NCBI GenBank assembly: GCA_023427705.1
Contig: JAEZAL010000128.1
Coordinates: forward strand, 1 to 35,178
Direction of reading: 5' to 3'
Length of the DNA: 35,178 nucleotides
Source: Bacillota bacterium
GTDB lineage: Bacteria > Bacillota > Clostridia > Clostridiales > Clostridiaceae
Part shown: one piece after another, positions 26,570 through 35,178 of the stretch
How positions within the stretch are numbered: the first letter of the stretch is position 1
Layout of the letters: every line of letters starts with the position of its first letter
The notes under the pieces: model-generated
Seen by the model: the letters and a program-made list of their open reading frames with translations, nothing else
Database searches by the model: none
Told to the model about the DNA's origin: nothing
Made by a program: the position numbers and the translations under genes

Positions 26570-28425
26570 ATAATAATGTAAGAGGCAAAAAACATGGTGG
26601 CTTTGGCGGTCCAATGGGAGGAGGAAATCTCGCAGGTGGAAAAGCCAAAGATTTTAAAGGAACATTAAAAAAGTTAATAGATTATTTAAAACCATATAGA
26701 ATATCAATAATAATAGTTTTAATATTTGCTATTGGCAGTGCTGCTTTTTCTATTGTTGGACCTAAAATTTTAGGAAAGGCAACTACGAAATTATTTGAAG
26801 GATTACTAAGTAAAATTTCAGGAAAAGCTGGTGCAGGTATAGATTTTACTTATATAGGAAATATAATTGCAATTTTACTAGTTTTGTATGTAGTTAGTGC
26901 AATCTTTGCTTTTATTCAAGGATTTATAATGTCAGGGATAGCACAAAAGGTTTCATATAATTTAAGAAAAGAAATATCAATAAAAATAAATAAAATGCCA
27001 TTGAAATACTTTGATAAAATGACTCATGGAGAAGTTTTATCAAGAGTAACTAATGACGTAGATACTGTAAGCAATACTTTAAATCAAAGTTTATCACAAG
27101 TATTTACCTCTATTACAACTTTAGTTGGTGTAGTAATTATGATGCTTTCAATAAGTGTGTCAATGACAATTGCTGCTTTATTAATAGTTCCATTATCAGG
27201 ATTACTTATATCACTAGTTATTAAGAAGTCTCAAAAATATTTTAAAGAACAACAAGAGTTTCTTGGGCATGTAAATGGGCATGTTGAAGAAATATATAGT
27301 GGACATAATATAATGAAAGCTTTTAATGGTGAAGATAAGGCTGTTGAAGAATTTAATAAATTAAATAAAACATTATATAATTCAGCTTGGAGATCTCAAT
27401 TTTTGTCTGGTATGATGATGCCAATAATGACTTTTGTAGGCAATTTAGGATATGTTGCTATTACAATTTTAGGAGGATATTTAACTGTTAAAAATTATAT
27501 AGAAGTTGGTGATATTCAATCCTTCATTCAATATATTAGAACTTTCAATCAACCAATATCACAAGCAGCGCAAATTGCAAATGTATTACAATCAACAGCT
27601 GCAGCAGCTGAAAGAGTTTTTGAATTCCTTGAAGAGGAAGAAATAGTTGATGAAGGAGTTAATCCAATTGGTATTGAAGAGATTAAAGGTCAAGTTACCT
27701 TTAAAGATGTTCATTTTGGATATAATGAAGATAAGATAATTATTAATGATTTTTCAAGCAAAATAGAGCCAGGACAAAGAATAGCTATAGTTGGACCAAC
27801 TGGAGCTGGAAAAACTACAATAGTTAAACTATTAATGAGATTCTATGAATTAAATAGTGGAGAAATATTACTAGATAATTATAATATAAAGGATTTTAAG
27901 CGAAGCGATATAAGAAGAATATTTGGAATGGTGCTTCAAGATACTTGGTTATTTAATGGAAGTGTTATGGAAAATATACGATATGGTAATTTAAAAGCAA
28001 GTGATAAAGAAGTAATTGAGGCTGCAAAAGCTGCTCATGTTGATCATTTTGTTAAGACATTACCTAATGGATACAATACTGAATTAAATGAAGATGCAAG
28101 CAATGTATCACAAGGCCAAAAGCAACTGTTAACAATTGCACGTGCAATTTTAGCAGATCCTAAAATATTAATATTAGATGAAGCTACAAGTTCTGTTGAT
28201 ACAAGAACAGAAGTGCTTATTCAAAAGGCTATGGATAATTTAATGAAAGGTAGAACTAGTTTTATAATTGCTCATAGATTATCAACTATAAGAGATGCTG
28301 ATTTAATTTTAGTGATGAATGAAGGTGATATAGTTGAGCAAGGAACTCACAAAGAATTGCTAAATAAAAATGGGTTCTATGCATCATTATACAATAGTCA
28401 ATTTGAAAATTCACAAATTTCTTAA
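26566..28425 (+). CDS. Heterodimeric ABC exporter subunit B
   Basis: GPTGAGKT, SQGQKQ, LILDEATS, IAHRL; ATGA overlap with subunit A. Confidence 0.92.
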   Translation: MNNNVRGKKHGGFGGPMGGGNLAGGKAKDFKGTLKKLIDYLKPYRISIIIVLIFAIGSAAFSIVGPKILGKATTKLFEGLLSKISGKAGAGIDFTYIGNIIAILLVLYVVSAIFAFIQGFIMSGIAQKVSYNLRKEISIKINKMPLKYFDKMTHGEVLSRVTNDVDTVSNTLNQSLSQVFTSITTLVGVVIMMLSISVSMTIAALLIVPLSGLLISLVIKKSQKYFKEQQEFLGHVNGHVEEIYSGHNIMKAFNGEDKAVEEFNKLNKTLYNSAWRSQFLSGMMMPIMTFVGNLGYVAITILGGYLTVKNYIEVGDIQSFIQYIRTFNQPISQAAQIANVLQSTAAAAERVFEFLEEEEIVDEGVNPIGIEEIKGQVTFKDVHFGYNEDKIIINDFSSKIEPGQRIAIVGPTGAGKTTIVKLLMRFYELNSGEILLDNYNIKDFKRSDIRRIFGMVLQDTWLFNGSVMENIRYGNLKASDKEVIEAAKAAHVDHFVKTLPNGYNTELNEDASNVSQGQKQLLTIARAILADPKILILDEATSSVDTRTEVLIQKAMDNLMKGRTSFIIAHRLSTIRDADLILVMNEGDIVEQGTHKELLNKNGFYASLYNSQFENSQIS

Positions 28426-28427
28426 GC

Positions 28428-28467
28428 AAAAAGATGGTTAAGTGATGATCCTTAACCATCTTTTTTT
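28428..28467 (+). terminator. Rho-independent terminator
   Basis: AAAAAGATGGTTAAG-8 nt-CTTAACCATCTTTTT. Confidence 0.85.
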
Positions 28468-28469
28468 AT

Positions 28470-28512
28470 TTAGTAAAACTTAGTAAAATTATTAGTAAAA
28501 TTATTAGTAAAA
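28470..28512. repeat. Four direct TTAGTAAAA repeats, probable GalR-type operator array
   Basis: Copies at 28470, 28480, 28492 and 28504, just upstream of the galK -35. Confidence 0.75.
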
Positions 28513-28517
28513 CTTTA

Positions 28518-28546
28518 TTGATAATGTTTTCCTTTTGTGCTAGACT
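28518..28546 (+). promoter_or_regulatory. gal promoter with overlapping cre-like site
   Basis: TTGATA-17 nt-TAGACT with TG extension; TGATAATGTTTTCC (28519-28532) has 2 mismatches to TGWNANCGNTNWCA. Confidence 0.6.
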
Positions 28547-28586
28547 TTAATTGTAAATATTTATAAGTATAAATAGGAGAGATATT

Positions 28587-29750
28587 ATGAGAGAGAAAAT
28601 TAAAAATACATTTAAGAATATTTTTGGTGAAAATGGTAAAGAGAGATACTTTTTTTCACCTGGAAGAGTTAATTTGATTGGAGAGCATACTGACTATAAT
28701 GGTGGTAATGTATTTCCTTGTGCATTGAGTTTTGGTACTTATGGTGTTATAAGGATTAGAGAAGATGAAAAAGTAAGAATGTTTTCTAGTAATTTTGAAG
28801 AAGTTGGTGTTATAGAATTTTCTTTAAAGGGTATTAAATTTGAAAAATCACATGACTGGGTTAATTATGCTAAGGGTGTAATTGATGTAATGAAAAAACA
28901 TGGATATAATATAAATAAAGGTTTTGATGTAGTTATTTACGGTAATATTCCAAATGGAGCTGGTTTATCTTCATCTGCATCATTAGAACTTTTAATAGCA
29001 GTTATGATGGATAGTTTATTTAATTTTGAAATAAATAGAGTTGATTTGGTTAAGTTTTCTCAAGAAGCTGAAAATAAATTTGTAGGTGTTAATTGCGGAA
29101 TTATGGACCAATTTGCTATAGGTATGGGGAAGGAAAATAATGCTATACTATTAGACTGTAATACTTTAAAATATAATTATTGTCCTATAGAGTTAAAAAA
29201 TGAAGTGTTAGTTATTGCTAATACCAATAAAAGAAGAGGATTGGCAGATTCTAAATATAATGAGCGTAGAAGTGAATGTGAAAAAGCTTTAGAAGAATTA
29301 AAAGTAAAACTTAATATTAGTTCATTAGGCGATCTTACTATTGATGACTTTGAAAAAAATAAAGAGCTAATTAAGGACGAAGTTAGATTGAAAAGAGCAA
29401 AACATGCTGTATACGAAAATCAAAGAACATTAATGGCAAAAGATGCTTTAGAATCAAATGATTTAATTACTTTTGGTAAGCTTATGAATGAATCTCATAT
29501 ATCTTTAAGAGATGATTATGAAGTAACAGGAATTGAACTTGATACATTAGTAGAGCTAGCTTGGAACCATAGTGGTGTTTTAGGTGCTAGGATGACTGGA
29601 GCTGGTTTTGGTGGTTGTACTGTAGCATTAGTAAGAAAAGATAGTGTTGATGATTTTATAAAAACTATTGGACAAGGATACAAAGACAAAATAGGATATG
29701 AAGCTAGTTTCTATATTGCTGAAGTAGGCAATGGAACTAGAGAAATCTAG
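28587..29750 (+). CDS. galK: Galactokinase
   Basis: [41 protein letters not shown]. Confidence 0.96.
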   Translation: MREKIKNTFKNIFGENGKERYFFSPGRVNLIGEHTDYNGGNVFPCALSFGTYGVIRIREDEKVRMFSSNFEEVGVIEFSLKGIKFEKSHDWVNYAKGVIDVMKKHGYNINKGFDVVIYGNIPNGAGLSSSASLELLIAVMMDSLFNFEINRVDLVKFSQEAENKFVGVNCGIMDQFAIGMGKENNAILLDCNTLKYNYCPIELKNEVLVIANTNKRRGLADSKYNERRSECEKALEELKVKLNISSLGDLTIDDFEKNKELIKDEVRLKRAKHAVYENQRTLMAKDALESNDLITFGKLMNESHISLRDDYEVTGIELDTLVELAWNHSGVLGARMTGAGFGGCTVALVRKDSVDDFIKTIGQGYKDKIGYEASFYIAEVGNGTREI

Positions 29751-29761
29751 GAGGTATTAAT

Positions 29762-30748
29762 ATGATTTTAGTTTGTGGTGGAGCAGGTTACATTGGTAGT
29801 CATGCAGTATATCAATTAATTGAAAGAGGAGAAGAAGTAGTTGTTGTAGATAATTTAGAAACAGGACATAAAGAAGCTGTAAACCCTAAGGCTAAGTTTT
29901 ATAACGTAGATATAAGAAATGAAGAAGAATTAGATAAAGTATTTAAAGAAAATAATATTACAGAAGTAATTCACTTTGCTGCTAACTCTTTAGTAGGTGA
30001 AAGTATGACTAACCCATTAAAGTATTATAACAATAATGTACATGGAACAGAAGTTTTATTAAAAGTTATGGTAGCTAATGATGTAAAGAAAATAGTATTT
30101 TCATCAACAGCAGCTACTTATGGTGAAGCTACTAAAATGCCAATAGTTGAAACAGATAAGACAGAACCAACTAACGCATATGGTGAAACTAAATTAGCTA
30201 TGGAAAAAATGATGAAATGGGCTGATATAGCACATGGAGTTAAATATGTATCATTAAGATATTTCAACGTAGCTGGTGCTCATGTAAGTGGAAGTATAGG
30301 AGAAGATCATAGTCCTGAGACACATTTAATACCATTAATACTACAAGTTCCACTAGGAAAGAGAGAGTTTATATCAATTTTTGGAGAAGATTATGATACT
30401 GAAGATGGTACTTGTATAAGAGATTATATTCATGTTATTGATTTAGCAGATGCACATATCTTAGCAATAGATTATTTAAGAAATGGAAATGAAAGTGATA
30501 TATTTAATTTAGGTAATGGAAATGGATTCTCAGTAAAAGAAATGATAGAAGCAGCAAGAAAGGTAACTGGACATGAAATACCAGCAAAAATATGTGAAAG
30601 AAGAGCTGGTGATCCTGCTAGACTTATTGCCTCTTCTGAAAAAGCAAGAAAGACATTAAAATGGGAACCTAAATTTGATAACGTTGAAGATATAATAAAT
30701 TCAGCTTGGAAGTGGCATAAGAACAACCCTATGGGATTTAACAAGTAG
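29762..30748 (+). CDS. galE: UDP-glucose 4-epimerase
   Basis: [39 protein letters not shown]. Confidence 0.96.
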   Translation: MILVCGGAGYIGSHAVYQLIERGEEVVVVDNLETGHKEAVNPKAKFYNVDIRNEEELDKVFKENNITEVIHFAANSLVGESMTNPLKYYNNNVHGTEVLLKVMVANDVKKIVFSSTAATYGEATKMPIVETDKTEPTNAYGETKLAMEKMMKWADIAHGVKYVSLRYFNVAGAHVSGSIGEDHSPETHLIPLILQVPLGKREFISIFGEDYDTEDGTCIRDYIHVIDLADAHILAIDYLRNGNESDIFNLGNGNGFSVKEMIEAARKVTGHEIPAKICERRAGDPARLIASSEKARKTLKWEPKFDNVEDIINSAWKWHKNNPMGFNK

Positions 30749-30755
30749 GTGTAAC

Positions 30756-33364
<2,609 letters not shown>

Positions 33365-33408
33365 AATAAATACGAAATTAGAGTACTGCTTACCATACTT
33401 TTTACAAG

Positions 33409-33449
33409 TAGCTATATCTATAATTATAGTAGATATAGCTATTATTTTT
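33409..33449 (+). terminator. Rho-independent terminator
   Basis: TAGCTATATCTA-9 nt-TAGATATAGCTA plus T-rich tail. Confidence 0.7.
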
Positions 33450-33539
33450 AGTTAGAATAAAATTAAAATAATGATAAATTTCCCTTATTATAGTATACTA
33501 TCCTTAAATAATATCTTATGGAAAGAGAATGATGAATTT

Positions 33540-34469
33540 ATGACAAATACTAAACACTTTTTTATAATAAATCCTGAAGCAGGTAAAACTGATGTTTCTG
33601 AAAAAGTAAGTAGTGAAATAAAAAAAGCTTTTAAAGATAAGGAAGATTCTTATTCAATTTATATTACTAAAGGTAAAAATGATGCTACAAATTTTACAAA
33701 GAATATATGTAAAACTGAAAACGGTAATTTAAGATTTTATGCTTGTGGTGGAGATGGAACTCTTAATGAAGTAATCAATGGTTTAATTGGATATAAAAAT
33801 GCTAGTGCTTCAGTGATACCTTATGGAACAGGAAATGATTTTGTTAATAACTTCAACTCAAATTGTAGTTTTTTTGATATTCAAAAACAAATAGAATTTG
33901 ATGAAGAAGAAATTGATGTATTAAAAGTTAATGATAAATATTCTGTGAATTTATGTAATATTGGATTTGATGCAAAGGTTGCAAATAATATAAATAAATT
34001 TAAGAGGTTTCCATTTATAAGTGGACAAGGTGCCTATACACTATCTACATTTTATTCTCTGTTACATAAAATGCACTCAAATTTGGATATATTAATAGAT
34101 AATAAAGAGCTGATACAAGGTGATTTCTTGTTATGTGTTGTAGCTAATGGAATGACCTATGGTGGAGGCTATAAGGGAGCACCTTTAGCTAAAATTAATG
34201 ATGGACTAATTGATGTTTGTATATTTAAAAAAGTGTCTAGATTAAAATTAGTAAAATTAATTAATGTATATAAAAGAGGAGAACATTTGGACAATGAAGA
34301 AATGAAGAAATACTTTATCTATAAAAAATGTAAATCTATATATATAAAATCGAAAGATGATTTTACTGTATGTATAGATGGTGAAATAATAGTGGAGAAA
34401 AATATTAATATTGCTTTAGAGAAAAAAGCATTAAATTTTCTAGTTCCACATAAGAAAATAATTTATTAA
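33540..34469 (+). CDS. Diacylglycerol/lipid kinase, YegS/BmrU family
   Basis: IINPEAG, GGDGTLNEV.NG, PYGTGNDF, GFDA, YGGG, DGE. Start assigned from the family N-terminus. Confidence 0.9.
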   Translation: MTNTKHFFIINPEAGKTDVSEKVSSEIKKAFKDKEDSYSIYITKGKNDATNFTKNICKTENGNLRFYACGGDGTLNEVINGLIGYKNASASVIPYGTGNDFVNNFNSNCSFFDIQKQIEFDEEEIDVLKVNDKYSVNLCNIGFDAKVANNINKFKRFPFISGQGAYTLSTFYSLLHKMHSNLDILIDNKELIQGDFLLCVVANGMTYGGGYKGAPLAKINDGLIDVCIFKKVSRLKLVKLINVYKRGEHLDNEEMKKYFIYKKCKSIYIKSKDDFTVCIDGEIIVEKNINIALEKKALNFLVPHKKIIY

Positions 34470-34493
34470 TTAGAATAGGAATGAGGTATAATT

Positions 34494-35178
34494 TTGAGTA
34501 GCTTTATAGAATTTAAAGATGTTAAAAAGACATATAAAATGGGTGAAGTTGATATTGATGCTTTAAGAGGGGTATCCTTTGAGATAGAAAAAGGAGAATT
34601 TGTTATAGTGGCAGGAGCTAGTGGTGCTGGTAAAAGTACAATACTGAATATTTTAGGGGGAATGGATACTTCCACTAGTGGTAAAATTATTGTTGATAAT
34701 AATACAATAAGTAGCTATACAGAAAAAGAGTTAATTTCATATAGGCGTTTTGATATTGGCTTTGTTTTTCAATTTTATAATTTAGTTCAAAATTTAACGG
34801 CTTTAGAAAATGTTGAGCTAGCTACGCAAATATGTAAAAACCCACTTAATCCATCAGAAGTATTAGAAGCAGTAGGTTTAGAAGAAAGAAAAAATAACTT
34901 TCCTTCTCAATTATCAGGTGGTGAGCAACAAAGGGTTGCTATAGCTAGAGCATTAGCTAAAAATCCGAAGTTATTGCTTTGTGATGAACCAACAGGTGCA
35001 TTGGATTATAATACTGGAAAGGCTATCTTAAAGTTGTTACAAGATACGTGCAGAGAACGTAATATGACAGTTATAATAATTACACATAACCTTGCATTAA
35101 CACCTATGGGGGATAAAATAATAAAAGTTAAAAATGGAATGATTGAAAGTGTTACTTTAAATGACAATCCAACTCCAG
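34494..35178 (+). CDS. ABC transporter ATP-binding protein (LolD/MacB-like), 3'-partial, not in ORF track
   Basis: TTG after [22 protein letters not shown]...GASGAGKST...GFVFQFYNL...[16 protein letters not shown]...CDEPTGALD; open to the window end. Confidence 0.92.
   Translation, partial: MSSFIEFKDVKKTYKMGEVDIDALRGVSFEIEKGEFVIVAGASGAGKSTILNILGGMDTSTSGKIIVDNNTISSYTEKELISYRRFDIGFVFQFYNLVQNLTALENVELATQICKNPLNPSEVLEAVGLEERKNNFPSQLSGGEQQRVAIARALAKNPKLLLCDEPTGALDYNTGKAILKLLQDTCRERNMTVIIITHNLALTPMGDKIIKVKNGMIESVTLNDNPTP

Noticed and set aside
28470..28512. Repeats as CRISPR or replication iterons
   Set aside because: 9-bp units with no spacers and no cas or rep gene; the position fits an operator.

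Overview
Very AT-rich bacterial chromosomal DNA, most consistent with a Clostridium-type Firmicute (AGGAGG RBSs, sigma-A promoters, Rho-independent terminators, most genes on the + strand). It is a mosaic of short housekeeping and accessory units: partial DUF1846 gene, RNase J, HAD hydrolase, threonine dehydratase, SDR, DUF2207, a TIM-barrel protein, dihydropyrimidinase, a stand-alone homocysteine-binding MetH module, ackA, DUF1450, DMT transporter, YqeY, S66 peptidase, an RNase H-like protein, desulfoferrodoxin, MFS, YgjP-like protein, CoA Nudix, NCS2 permease, csoR-copZ, MarR with a heterodimeric ABC exporter, galK-galE-galT with a LacI regulator, a lipid kinase and a partial ABC ATPase. I saw no mobile element, CRISPR array, rRNA or tRNA, and no clear multi-gene novel system. 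The best leads are a GC-rich 5' leader before a divergent NCS2 permease that fits no riboswitch I recognise, an RNase H-fold protein apparently lacking all four catalytic carboxylates, a sigma-54 promoter on an orphan hydA, a split MetH domain, two small ORFs missed by the ORF track, and a 4x operator-like repeat before galK. All family calls come from motif recognition by eye, not database searches.
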